DNA of 63,733 nucleotides, counting the filler, from Octopus bimaculoides (Eukaryota): assembly GCF_001194135.2 (NCBI RefSeq). It is 6 parts of 6 records of this genome, joined end to end, with 100 filler letters (N's around TTAATTAATTAA, not from the genome) between each part and the next. Parts side by side here need not be neighbours in the genome. Positions count along the whole stretch, not along the records: positions 18,523 to 46,577 come from NC_068994.1; 5 more parts are not named here. The stretch is one strand, 5' to 3'. Under the pieces are notes generated by a model. It was not told where the DNA came from. It searched no databases and saw nothing but the letters and a program-made list of their open reading frames with translations. The translations under genes and the position numbers were made by a program. Within the stretch, counting starts at the first letter, position 1, and every line of letters begins with the position of its first letter. This document shows positions 24,191-37,908 of this stretch, piece after piece.

Positions 24191-26181
24191 AATTTTTTTT
24201 TTTTTTTTTTTTTTTGTACTCCAAAAGTCAAATATCTTCAGACAGACAAGTACTCTAGTTTTTATCTAATTTTACCGGTTCTATTTGTTCCTTTCTGTCT
24301 TACAATATAATACAAATATCCTGTAATATGACAATAGAAACTCTTCAAATGTCTTGGATAACAATAGGAGGGATTGCTATTAATGGCAACATTCACAAAT
24401 ATTTTTGTTTTTCGTTTGTCTTTTTAATTCTTCTTCCGAAAACAGCAAAAGGTTTCTTCTCCTCCTCTTCCTCCGAGGAACTGTTCTCAATGACATGGCT
24501 GGCACTGGCAAGTGCTACATTTATCTCGTTATTGATCCAGAGAGAGAATAAACAAAAAAAAAAAATCATAATAATAATGAAAAAAAAAGAAAAGCAAAAG
24601 GCTCATTTAGTTTGGTTTGGGTGGGGTTGGGCTGTGATGGTCATGTTGGGGAAGAAATAAGTCTTTAATATAGAAATCTCAAATCTCGGTAGAGATGATG
24701 ATAATGATGATGATAATGATAATAATAATAATAACAATAAAAGATAAAAACCAAAAATGTGTGGTAAATAAAGAATCTATTCACTAGAGAGAAGAAAGTC
24801 AATATATAGAAGGTCATTTCAACCTCTGGCTAAATATACAAACTGACCTTACCGTTAAGAACAAACAAAACAAAACAAAAATATAGAACAAATGATAGAG
24901 AGAAAACTTCCTCATTTTATTTTATTTTACTTTTATTCATTCTATTTTCATTTTTATTTTTTATTATATTTGTTTCTATTTTTTTTTTGCATTCCTCTTT
25001 TGTGAAGATTCTGTTTTGGTCATTAACGAAATGATAAAAAGGGAGTAATCTTTTGTTTAAGTACGCCATTTTTCTTTTTTTTTTTTTTGTTTCAATGGGG
25101 TTTTTTTTGTTTCTATTTTTTTATGCATTTATTCCATTCTTTAGTACACACATCATCATCATCATCGTTTTAATGTCCATGTTTCTTGCTTGCATGGGTT
25201 GGGTGGAATTTTGTCAAGGCAGATCTTCTCCGGTTGGATGCCTTTTCCATTGCCACCCTACTCCCTACCTCTATTTCCAAGAATGTAAAATTTCCCCAAA
25301 GCTAGATATGTTTTTCACAGAAGACTGTGAATAAACAGCATCACCTATATGACAGTGACACTTGTTTACAACCATCACAAGATAACAAGACAAAGACACA
25401 TACAAACACACACACATACATGCATATAAGTATGCATATAAGTATATATATATATATATATATATATTATCCGAAATGTATAGTATTATATCCATTATGG
25501 CTAATCTTGTAAATTGGTTTTGCACAAGGAATACAACAGAGTGTAAGGTAACAATCCAATTATATAACCATACGCTCATCAGAGTTAGCCAATATGGAAG
25601 GGAACTCCCTTGCATGAAACTGATTGGTAAGATCAGCTGTGATGGATATATAATACCATACATACTCTGTTGACAGATATACAGATATACAAGTGCATAT
25701 TTGCTCTGATTTATGATCTCTTAAACAACTCATGCAAGTATATATATATATATATACACATACACACACACATACATACATATGTGGCTGTGTGGTAAGA
25801 AGCTCACTTCCTAGGCGAGCTGGCAGAAACGTTAGCACGCCGGGCAAAATGCTTAGTGGTAATTTGTCTGCCGTTACGTTCTGAGTTCAAATTCCGCCGA
25901 GGTTGACTTTGCCTTTCATCCTTTCAGGGTTGATAAATAAACTACCAGTTACGCACTGGGGTCGATGTAATCGACTTAATACAGTGTAAATATAAACACA
26001 GGCAATCAAACACACACACATACATAGACACATTCGCATCTATATACAACAGGTTAATTTCAGTTAGTTCTTTGGCTATCTACCATCCACAGATTCCTAC
26101 ATCACTTATAACATTGCTTTCTTCTGAATAGTGGAAAGAACTGACTGTCATGAAAGTGTCAAATAGGATACTTTGCCATAT

Positions 26182-26320
26182 GGTACAAGGACCAATCCCC
26201 ACCAGACAAAATGCAGTCAATATCCCCCAGGATATTGGTCTTTCTTTACAATAAAAATATTTTAGGAAAGTGAACATTTTCGGGAGGACTTTGTCCTCGG
26301 TTGGGTTTTGTCCTGATACC
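26182..26320. mobile_element. 139-bp Mutator-type MITE with 9-bp TSD
   Basis: TIR ggtacaaggac / gtcctgatacc. Identical TTGCCATAT at 26173-26181 and 26321-26329. Confidence 0.8.
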
Positions 26321-27315
26321 TTGCCATATACACTCTGAGAAGTTCCAGCACAGTCAATTTGGCACCACCTATTTGGTGTCCCTCATTTAATACTAGCTTA
26401 TTTGGCATATGACATTTTAACATTTCTCTTATTCTGAAGGTAGTGAGTTGGCAGAAAAGTTAGCATGCCTGGCAAAATGATTATCAGCATTTCATCCATC
26501 TATGCATTCTGAGTTCAAGTTCTGCCAAGGTTAACTTTGCCTTTCATCCCTTTGGGATCATTAAGATAAGTACCAGTCCAGCCCTTAGATCAAAATAATT
26601 GACTTACCCACTCACACAAATTTGCTTGCCTTGAGCCAAAATTTGAAGCCAATATTTCTCTCATTCTTATCTCCTCTCTTTCTCTCTCTCTCTCTCTGTT
26701 TGTGTGTAGGTATCTAGTTATGTTTCTATGTATACATAATGTTGCCCTCTCTCTTTCTCTTTCCTTCTCACTCTATCACTCTGTATGCAGATATTTTTCT
26801 GTGTGTGAGTGTGAGTGTATTTGCTTCCAGTGCCAAAATCTACTGTCACCCAAACAGGTGGAATGTCCATTCAGCAGTAACAAATCAACAGCATACAAGC
26901 AGCTGCACTAAATTGTCTCATCCCATTCTGATTCCTTGCACTCCGAGTTTAAATTCTCCCAAGGTCAACTTTACCTTTCATTCACTCAGAGTCAATAAAT
27001 GACGCACCACTCCTTGGCAATGGATTGATAGAATTCCTAGACTAGGATAAGATCACTTGGGGGCACCTGATCTGGTTTTTTATATTCTGAGTCCAAATCC
27101 CAGCTACCGGTAGCACCCTTACTTTTGAGGCAGGGAAAGGGGTTCTTCACAAGACCTGACTAATAGGTGATAGGGATCCAATGTCAGAAGAAAAACAAAA
27201 TGATGACTAAAGCAACATTGTAGTTGATACTTACATGTATGTATGAATACAGATGCCGATTCCACAGCATTAAAAGGGAGATAAATGTTAAGAGGGAAAT
27301 TGCCGGCTTCTGAGA

Positions 27316-27740
27316 CTAAGCCTTCAAAGCATTAGGGGTGAGAAGGGAAAGAAGGGAGATGGAAGAGAGTGAAAGAGAGAGAATGTGGAGAGAGAGAGAG
27401 AGAGTGAAATAGAGAGAGAAGAGAAAGAGAAGGGAGTGAGAGTGAAGGTGAGGGAGGAGACAGAGAGAAAGAGAAGGGAGTGAGAGTGAAGGAGATGGAG
27501 GAGAGATAAAGAGAAAGTGAAAGGAGAGAGGAGAGAAAGAGAGAGGAGAGAAAGAGAGAGGAGAGAAAGAGAGAGGAGAGAAAGAAAGAGGAGAGAAAGA
27601 GAGAGGAGAGAAAGAGAGAGGAGAGAAAGAGAGAGGAGGAGAGAGGGGGAGCAAGAGGGGAGAGATGGAGAGCAAGAGGGGAGAGAGGGAGAGCAAAACG
27701 GGGAGAGAGGGAGGGCATGGAAATAGAGAAAGAAGGAGTG
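27316..27740. repeat. Polypurine tract including a 15-bp unit GAGAGGAGAGAAAGA array
   Basis: Direct reading; unit repeats at about 27525-27635. Confidence 0.9.
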
Positions 27741-28498
27741 AGAGTGCTCTTACTCATACAATATTACTCAGGTTTATTGAATTTGAACCAGGACTAAAGA
27801 AAAAAACGCCTGAAATCTTGGTACTCCAGTTAGTCACAGTGTGCAATACAATACAATACTCATAGCAAGAGAAAACCATGTTTATTTAAACAAGTAAAGA
27901 CATGGAAGTGTGGTTTAAGACGTTAACTTCCAGGTCACATGAATCTTGGGTTCAGTCTCACTGAATGACACCTTGGGTGAGTGTCTTCCATTAAAGCTTC
28001 CAGTTAATCAGTACATCGATCATGAAAGAACACTTAATGTATTGTGTGATCTGACATAAGATTAAACTCAGTTTATTCTTCTCAGAGAAACACCATATTC
28101 TGTACATAGTAGCATAATTTATAAGATGTATGTATATGTATGTGTATATGTAAAGACTTAGTGGTTAGGGCATTCAGGTCACAATCACACAGTCATGAGT
28201 TCAAATCCTGGCAATGCGTTGTTCATGAGTTTAGTTCCCGGCAATGCCCTTGAGGAAGACTCTTTATTTCATGTTGCTCCAGTCCACTTAGCTGGCAAAA
28301 ATGAGTAGTGCCTCTATTTCAAAGGGTCAACCTTATCACACACTGTGTCATGCTGAATCTCCTTGGGAACTATGCTAAGGGCACATGTGCTTGTGGAGTG
28401 CTCAGCCACATGCATATTAATTTCATGAGCAGTCTGTTCCATTGATTGGATCAACTGGGATCCTCATTGTCATAGCTGACAGAATGCCAGTATGTGTA

Positions 28499-28556
<58 letters not shown>

Positions 28557-28978
28557 TGTGTGCATGCATGTGTGTGTGTGTGTTTGCATGATGTAATGCA
28601 TAAATATTGAATAAAATGCCAGGCTACTGAAACATATGTAGCTTGGGCAGCACTGTTATTGTCAACTCTTCTTTTACTGCAATTATTTACTGCATACTTT
28701 AGGNNNNNNNNNNNNNNNNNNNNNNNNNNNNNNNNNNNNNNNNNNNNNNNNNNNNNNNNNNNNNNNNNNNNNNNNNNNNNNNNNNNNNNNNNNNNNNNNN
28801 NNNNNNNNNNNNNNNNNNNNNNNNNNNNNNNNNNNNNNNNNNNNNNNNNNNNNNNNNNNNNNNNNNNNNNNNNNNNNNNNNNNNNNNNNNNNNNNNNNNN
28901 NNNNNNNNNNNNNNNNNNNNNNNNNNNNNNNNNNNNNNNNNNNNNNNNNNNNNNNNNNNNNNNNNNNNNNNNNNNNNN

Positions 28979-29020
<42 letters not shown>

Positions 29021-31957
29021 CAAGTGACTAAGATACAGAGATCTTAGGAAACAATGTAAGCATGATACTAACTTTTTGTTTTTTAATTAATGTTTTCTTT
29101 AAAAAAAATCCCATTGGTTGTACAGCTGTGCTACATGAGAACATGTACACATGTTGATGACTAAGGAAATAGGAGAGAAACAGGAAATAAACAGCAAACA
29201 GCACCAAATAAATAACAGCAATGTAATATAGCATTTTTCTTCTTTTTCTCTTCTAATAATGGTAAAGCAGCTACTATGAAGCATTTTTGTTTTTTTTTTC
29301 ACTGATATTTATTTTTATTTTATTTATACCAAACTAATTCTTTGATGGATCGTTAAAACTGTGACAAAAGAAATGGAAAAGGTGTGTGGAGAAAAAAGGT
29401 GGAAGTGGTGGTAAAGCAAAAAAAAAAAAGAAAAGTAAAAAAAATGCTTTGTTCCAGAAGGTTCTTGTGAAGTGCATTTCTAATTATTTCCTCGTCATAA
29501 GGTCACAATTAATCATGGTCGTCACTACCTAACAGTAAGCACACCAAAATAAAAAATAAAATAAAAACTATGCCTATACATACATATAAATAAAAATTAA
29601 TTAAAAAGAAATAAATATAATACATACTATAAAAAAAGTATAAAGAAACAAATTAATAAAACATTATCAGAAATGAGAAGAAACGTATTCAAAGGTGCAA
29701 CAACAACAACAAAAATAACAAATATATAAATAAAAAATAAAATAAGAAAATCATAAAAGAAACATGCAATAAGAACAGATGAAAAATAAGGGTTTTAATT
29801 TGATGGATTAATTTATACTCACAATGATATCGATTTTGAAGTATTTTCATCAATTAGAGAAGAACAGGGGGGAATGGAAGGTGGTTTTACTTTGTAATTT
29901 CCTACATTAAAAGAAGAATATATATTATTTACTTTTTATTTTTTTTTTTACTAATAGACCATTTTCATTAACTTTTTAATGTTGTTAATGTTATTTTTTT
30001 TTTATCTATTTTATTTGTATATTTTATTTTTCTAAATAAACCTTTCTCTCAAAATGAAGCGAAATGTCAGAATAAATGAGTACTGTAATTATATTTGATC
30101 AAACCCCTTTTTAAAAAGTAAATATCTTTTATTTTATTTTAGTTCTTCTTAACATTTCTTGTTTTTTTTTTTTGTTTTTATTTCTCTCTCCTCTCTCTTT
30201 CTAACAATTTTCAAAGGGTTCATTAGAATTTAAAGATGTGAGTTGTTTCATTTATGCAAGGAATGTCCAATCTGAAGTCTCTTGTTGAATTTATTTAAGA
30301 AAAATATTCAGTTTGAAGATGGTTGTTTTCTTTTGTCGAAATTATCAATCCATAAAGACAGTTTTCATATGTCCATCATTTGTAAAAAAGGTTTGGTGAT
30401 GAGGAGGCAGGTGAATTGTAAAACTGTTTTGTTTGTTTGAATAATAACTCTTTCAGCAGCATGTTAAGTGTTAAGAGCTGCATCAGTAGTGAGGAGGACT
30501 ACTGTAAGGAACGTATCAATATGCTCAATACAGCTTTGAACTAATTAAAGAGCCACATCAATACTGTATTAATAGACACTCTCATTGTTTCACTAGAAGT
30601 TTCATCAAGACACAACTGCACAGAGTCAGATTGTGGGAAATGATTATCATCCTATGGTTGCCTGTGTGCAAGGCCAAAGCTGAGGACTTGTGGTAGTATC
30701 CTCTGCCAATCACTTCTGGGGTTTTTTCCTACTCACCTCTGGACTTATGAAAAATGTGTTATGGTGTTGGTGCTGGTAACGTGGTTTGCTGAGCAACCAG
30801 TATGATGAATATTATTATTATAGTGGGAAAGGTTTGTGCAGTACTTGTCCCACTCTTTCATCCTTTAAACTTGTATTGATCTGGTGCAACAAGTGCCACA
30901 AGCCCAGAAGTTTCTAGGATGCAAGATTTCAATGGAGTTACCTTCCTTTAGATAAGCACCTAAAGTGCTAAGGGGCCTCATCTTTTCAGGGTCCATTGGG
31001 GGAGTCTGGGAGTGACCTTTTGTAGGAGGTGGCTTCATGATATGCTAATTATTAACTCATAACAGGGACCCTAGGTGTTACTGCTCTGGGTCAGAGCAGA
31101 CTTGTAAACAATAGTGGCTAAGCATTGGTTTCACATTCTCCAACATATTGAAACACCTGAACCACGGCTCCTCTACCAGATGTATTTAGAGTCATACCTA
31201 GAACATCAATACAGTACAGGATTACTTTAAGGATATCTTCAACATTGACATATAACTTTGACACAAGGGCACAAGGTTTCAGGAAGAACTGATAATCAAT
31301 TGTACAGATATCAGTACATTCTTCTTTCTGAGCTCACAGGCTGCCCCCTGGTGACTTACTTGACAATTACTATTCATGGAATTTAATAATAGAGCATAAA
31401 GGGACATAATCATGTATTACAAAGCAATTGATCTGTGGCTCTTAATGATTAACATAGACATATTAGTATGAGAATATAGGCAGTGTAGTAGATTGGTAGA
31501 ATCAGTAGATTATCAGATAATATACCTTGTGAAATTAAATTATGACCCTGGGAAAATACAATGGTAGTTTTCTTTGTAGTCTTCTCTCAGACATTTTATA
31601 TTTTGTTGTTTTTATTAGCCCTGTACAGACATGGTCAAAGAGTATTGAGCGTGATGCTTGTAAAGTGTAAACATGGTACATAGTCAAGAGTTGCTTCAGA
31701 TTGTGATGAATGAGTGGTCAATATATGATTAAGCAGAGCGAGCAATGCAGCAATGTCAATAAAGGTGTCTGTGATATTTCAAATAAATTGAACACAAAGG
31801 AAGAAAATAAGGTGGTGTAACTTTAGTAGAGGTATGTGTATGTACATAATATATATATATATATGGCGGTTGTCTACTCCTTACACAGAGTTTGACCACC
31901 TCCTGTACCTACACTTTAGCCCTTTCATGGCGTCTGTTGTGGCTTTTTAAACCAGAC

Positions 31958-31989
<32 letters not shown>

Positions 31990-33433
31990 NNNNNNNNNNN
32001 NNNNNNNNNNNNNNNNNNNNNNNNNNNNNNNNNNNNNNNNNNNNNNNNNNNNNNCATATATATATACACACACACATGCATACATACACACATACTCCTA
32101 AGTATTCACAATACACAGAGCCTGAACAATACAACAATGTATTTTGTCCAAGGCTCTACTGTATCTGCCATGCCAATTCACCAGTTTGGATAACAACTTT
32201 ATTCTATTGACTTTGGAGGGATGGAAAAATTTGACCTCAGCAGGATTTTAACTCAGAACATCAAGAGAGTGCTGTAATAAATATTACAGACTTGTCAAAA
32301 AGCCAAACAATTCAAGCAATCCATCACCCTAGACACCGACCATGTCCAGTGTTTGCTGTGGTACAGTGACTCATGTGCCTCAATGACCATCAGAGCTATA
32401 CCGGTGGGATGTAAGTTCCTGGTAGGACTTTCCCATGCCAGAAAGGCCAACGGTAAAGGATCAACTAATATGGACCACCTCTTCCAAGAGGTAAAAAGGG
32501 GTTTGTATAGGGTCAATACACCTACTGGCAAAAAAGAAAAGCTAGCGAAGCATCAATGACAATTGAAAGCCAACAAGACCTGAGAGAAGAAAACCGTCCT
32601 TCATTGAAACATATGACACAGGGCAGCAAAATACAAAAGAAAGTTGCAATGATAAAGCAGGGATCCAACAGGAGAGAAGCAGAAAACAACAGCCCAGAGT
32701 AAACAGTGGAGAAAAGTTAGCCATGGTCTATGACACACAGGATAACACAGGGCTTTAGTAAAATAAGTACTTCCTTGGATTGGCACTTTGTTCCATCAAG
32801 GGCAGAAAGAGGAAAAGCAAAGATAACATCAGCAGAATTTGAAGTCAAAGAGTAAAGAGCAAGGACAAATACAAGGCATTTGTGCACTTTTCCAGTGATT
32901 CTGCCACTTTATCACCTTATCAGTTTGTTATAAGTACTTATTGTTTCAACATCACAGAAAGGTAAATACAAAACCCAACAGGTGTAGAATCTAATAATAG
33001 AGCATAAGGAGATATTATCAATTACCACATACCACAAAGCATTTAATTTTTGATTCTTAAACACTAATAAAGACATACTGGTTTCAAATTTTGGCACAAT
33101 GCCAGCAAGTTGGTTTCAGTGATTCCAGTGATCAACTTGTACTTATTTTATCAACTCTAAAAGGATGAAAGGCAAAGTTGACCTCAGTAGAATTTGAACT
33201 CAGAAAGTAGAAATAGATGAAATACCATGAAGCATTTTGTCCAGCATGCTAACAATTCTGCCAGCCACCACTTTACTGATAAAGGTATGTTAAGAAATGG
33301 ACAGGGTGGTGAATTGACAGAATCAGTAAAGTGTCAGATTATATACCTCATGATACATAGTTATGAACCTTCATGTTCAGAATTCAATTCCTGCCACAGT
33401 CAACTTCAGTTTTCATCTTTCAAATAAAGTCTC

Positions 33434-34401
33434 ACTGGTGGAAGGTGCACAGGCACAGTAAACGCTGAAAATGTGCAGAAAATAGACTCCATTAACTGCC
33501 AGGGGTGCAAGCTGGAGGTAGTAAATAACTTCTGTTATCTAGGTGACCAAGTTGGTAGTGGAGGTGGATGCTCCAAGAGCATAGCAGTGAGAATAAGATT
33601 CGGATGGGTGAAGTTCAGAGTGAAAGGCAGATTGTTTGATGCCTGTGTGCAAACAGCTATGCTGGATGGCAGTGAAACATGGGCTATGACAGCTGAGGAC
33701 ATGTGTAGGTTTGTAAGAAATGAAGCCATTATGCTTTGCTGGATGTGCAGTGTTAGTGTACATGTTTGACAATGTAAGCATCTTGAGTGAAAAGTTAGGC
33801 ATAAGAGGAATCAGATGTGGTGTGCAAGAGAGATGACTGCATGATATGGTCATGTGATGCGTATAGATGAGGACAGTTGTGTAAAGAAGTGCCGATCTCT
33901 AACTGCAGAGAGAACCTGTGGTAGAGGTAGACGCAGGAAGACATGGGACGAGGTGGTGAAGCATGATCTTCAAAATTTGAGCATCACAGAGGCAGTGACT
34001 GGTGACTGAGCCCTTTGGCAGTGTGCTGTGCTTGAGAGAACCCATAAAGCCAAATGCACCTGTGCTGGTGGCATGTAAAGAACACCGTTTGAACGTTGGG
34101 CCTCACAGAGGCAAAGTGACTGAGCTCCTTTCAAGTGTTGGTCCTCACAAAGGCAATGACCAAAACCTCTGGCATTATGCCATGCTTGAGAAGAAGACCC
34201 ATCAAGTCAAGCAAAATTACAGTCATAGCAGATACTGGTGTTACATAAAAGCACCCTTTATACTCTCAGAGTGGTTGGCATTAGAAAAGGCATCCAGCCG
34301 TAGAAAACCATGCCAAATCAGACTGGAGTCTGGTGCAGCCTTCCAGCGTGCCAAGCCAGTCAAATAGTCCAACCTATGCCAGCATGGACAACAGATGTTA
34401 A

Positions 34402-34443
<42 letters not shown>
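33434..34443 (+). mobile_element. 5'-truncated, degenerate RTE-clade LINE (ORF C-terminus, 3' UTR, (GAT)n tail)
   Basis: Translation LEVVNNFCYLGD...RIRFGWVKFR...MLDGSETW...YGHVMR...GRGRRRKTW is typical of the RTE post-RT region. It carries stops and a deletion. Confidence 0.9.
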
Positions 34444-34444
<1 letters not shown>

Positions 34445-36078
34445 CTTTCCATTTTGTGCAACATTTCGTCAGGAACTTTCATAATCACTATTTGAACCCC
34501 ATAAGAATAAATGTTGCTTTTTCTGGAACCAGTTAGGGAACTTTTTCTCTTAGCTCACAAGAAGGGAACCAAATTTTCCTCACTTTTAAAAAGAAAGAGA
34601 AGACACTTTGGACAATGTAGTGTTAGGTAAATAAAAATAAGAGATGCTCATAGACAGGTCATCTTTGATTGATTATAAGACAGTTTGCTTAAAGGTACAG
34701 TTACTTTCTCAAGTCCTACTGATTCATACGGACCAGTTTCCTAGTTTCCATGACATATATATTCCCCACCTGGACGGGACACCAGTCCATCACAGGATTA
34801 TTCATTTTTGCCAACTTAGTGGACTGGGGCAATGTGAAATGAAATGATTTGCTCAAGAACACAATGTGTCATTCAGTCTAGGAATCGAAACCACAATCTT
34901 ACAATCAGTAGCAAAACACTAAACCACGCATCTCCACTAGAACGGTTTGCTTTATCAGGAAAAACTTGATAGTAAGCAGTTGTGAAGCTTTTATTGTTTC
35001 AATCATCAAAAGCCCTTCTTTCAACTAAAATAAATTACTTTACTCCCTTATTTTATAGATTCATCCATTTTCTCTGTCCACTGTTCCTAGGAGAACTGTA
35101 GAAGTAGATTTCTAAGACACCTCCTCCATAGGGTCCTATCAGAAACAACTATTATTACATTTTAGACTGAGAGGTAGACTAAGAATGAGACCATTTCATT
35201 CTTGGTCTACCTCTATCTCCTGCCAGTTGGCTTGGCTAGAAAAATCTCTCTTGTGATTTTTTCCTGTGATTTTCTAATCACTAGTCCATAGTACCAAAGT
35301 TGTGACCACTCAATGCATAGAAGTAGTGGCTTGACAAGGGGAGATTCCCAGATCTCTGAGCTTACATACCCTGTCAAGGAACGTTATTCCAAAGATCCAT
35401 CAGATGAACCCCATTTTAGCTACTCATATTAACTGCACTCTTTCAGTCATTGTGCAACATCCATGACTACAGAAACCAAATTGAAGATAGCAAGTTTGTT
35501 TTGTGCTTTTTTTTACCAATCTCTTCTCTTATTCCAACGCTGAAAATTAACATTCGAGGCAATGTATGCATGTGCTTGCATGTTGAAGTACAAGTATGAG
35601 TTCATATGCACGTAAGTATGTGTGAATTTTTTTTTTTAAATTAAATAATAACAAAGAAATTCAACAAGAAAGAACAAGCTAATATTTAATACATAGTGGT
35701 GGTGGTAGTGGTGGTAGGAGGGGGGAAGAAAAAAAGGGATAAGATTTCTTCCAGAAGTAGGCTGTGTTTCAAAGATAATGCAATGACCTTATTGATTTAT
35801 CTCAATGGTTTTAGGGAACTGTGCAATTAAAAATATCGATCTGAGTGTATAGAGCTTGACGCTTGATAAGTGGAAAATGGTATATAATCAAGAGCAGCTT
35901 CAGATTGTGATTAATGAGTGATCAATACATGATTAAACATAGTGAGCAATGCAGCAATATCAATAAAGGTATCTGGGATATTGCAAATAAATTGGTAACA
36001 CATAACACAATGGAAGAAAATAAGGTGGTATAGTCTTAGTAGAGGTGTATATTATGTTTATACACTAACACATACATG

Positions 36079-36116
<38 letters not shown>

Positions 36117-36607
36117 AATGCATATATGTATGGAAAGACAGACAGGCAGATAGACAGACAGACAAATAGATGTACACCACACACACATACACACACATGC
36201 ACACACACAAACACTCCTGTCAGTTTTAATATGTAAGCATCCAATTATTCAATCAACTGAACAACCTATTCATTGAATTAACATAAAAAGTGGCTGAGTA
36301 TTCCACAGATTTATCCTTAAGGAAATATTCTCAAACAGATTCAGCAACATGGTGTCACTTAGTAAGACATAGTAGAACATTTGAACAAGAGTCCTTGTAT
36401 TGTCACTATGTTGGGGTACTGTTTTCAAAAGTTACTTGATCATATATATCAACCCCAGCACTTATTTCTGACTGGTATATTGTTTTATTGATTTTTGCTA
36501 TGAAACTGCTAAGTTACTGAAGCATAAAGGGGGAAAAAATAACAGATGTTTTAAGACTATAAGCTTAAACATAGACACAACCTTTCAAATATACATGCAC
36601 AAACACA

Positions 36608-36656
<49 letters not shown>

Positions 36657-37064
36657 ACACACAAACACACACGAAGTGGGTGCAGATATCTTTTATCTTA
36701 CTTGTTTCAGTCGTTGGACTATGGCCATGCTGGGGCACCACCTCGAATGGTTTAGCTGAACAAGTCAAATCCAATCTTTTTCTACTGGTACTTATTTTAT
36801 TGATCTCTTTTGCTGAACCACTAAGTTAAAGGGATATAAACAATCCAATATTGGTTGTCTGGTATTAGGTGGCATAAATACAAAGACATATACATGTGGC
36901 ACAGGTGTGACTGTGTGGTAAGCAGCTTGCTTCCCAACCACATGATTCCAAGTTTACTCCCTCCCACTGTGTGACACCTTGGGCAAGTGTCTTCTACTAT
37001 AGCCTCAGGTCAACCAAAGCCTTGTGAGTGGAAATTGGTAGACAGAAACTGAAAGAAGCCCATC

Positions 37065-37188
<124 letters not shown>

Positions 37189-37908
37189 GTGTGTGTGTGC
37201 GTGTGTATGTGTGTGTGAGTCTTTGTGTCTCTATTTGTTCACCCATCACTGCTTGACAACCAGTGTTGGTGTGTTTATGTTCCAGTAACTTAGCGGCTTG
37301 GAAAAAGAGACTGCTAGAATAAGTACTAGGCTTAAAAAATAAATCCTGGGGTCGATTTGTTCAGCTAAAACCCTTCAAGGCAGTGCTCCAGCATGGCTGC
37401 AGTTAAACAGTCGAGTGACTTGAGCAAGTAAAAGAATAAAAGAATACACACACACACATACACAAAAGGCTTCCACACAGTTTCTATCTACCAAATTCAC
37501 TCACAAAGCATTGGTCAGACTAGAGCGATAGGAGAAGACATGTGCTAAAGATGCCATACAGTAGGACTGAATATGGAACCATACAACCATGCTACTGAAC
37601 CATACAACCATGCCTGCATCTCAATGGAACTTCCTACATTTAGTCCATCTAAAATAAAATATGACAATGTAATGACTGTTGTTCAAATGTTTTGGGCTAG
37701 TGTCTTCTGCTATAGCTCCAGGGCAACCAAGGAATTCGGTAGATAGAAAATGTGTGAAAGCTTGTTATATACGTGTGGATGGGTGTGATTGTGTTTGTGC
37801 GTGTGTCTGAATATGTTCTTGTGTTTCCACCACCCCCATATTTAACAGTAGTATTGGTTTGTTTATGTTCCATAACTTTACTCAAGAGTTCATCAAAAAA
37901 GACTGAGT

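Noticed and set aside
20163-24269. Poly-His, poly-Asp and poly-Val ORFs
   Set aside because: They are translations of (GGT)n and (GAT)n repeats, without splice or homology support.
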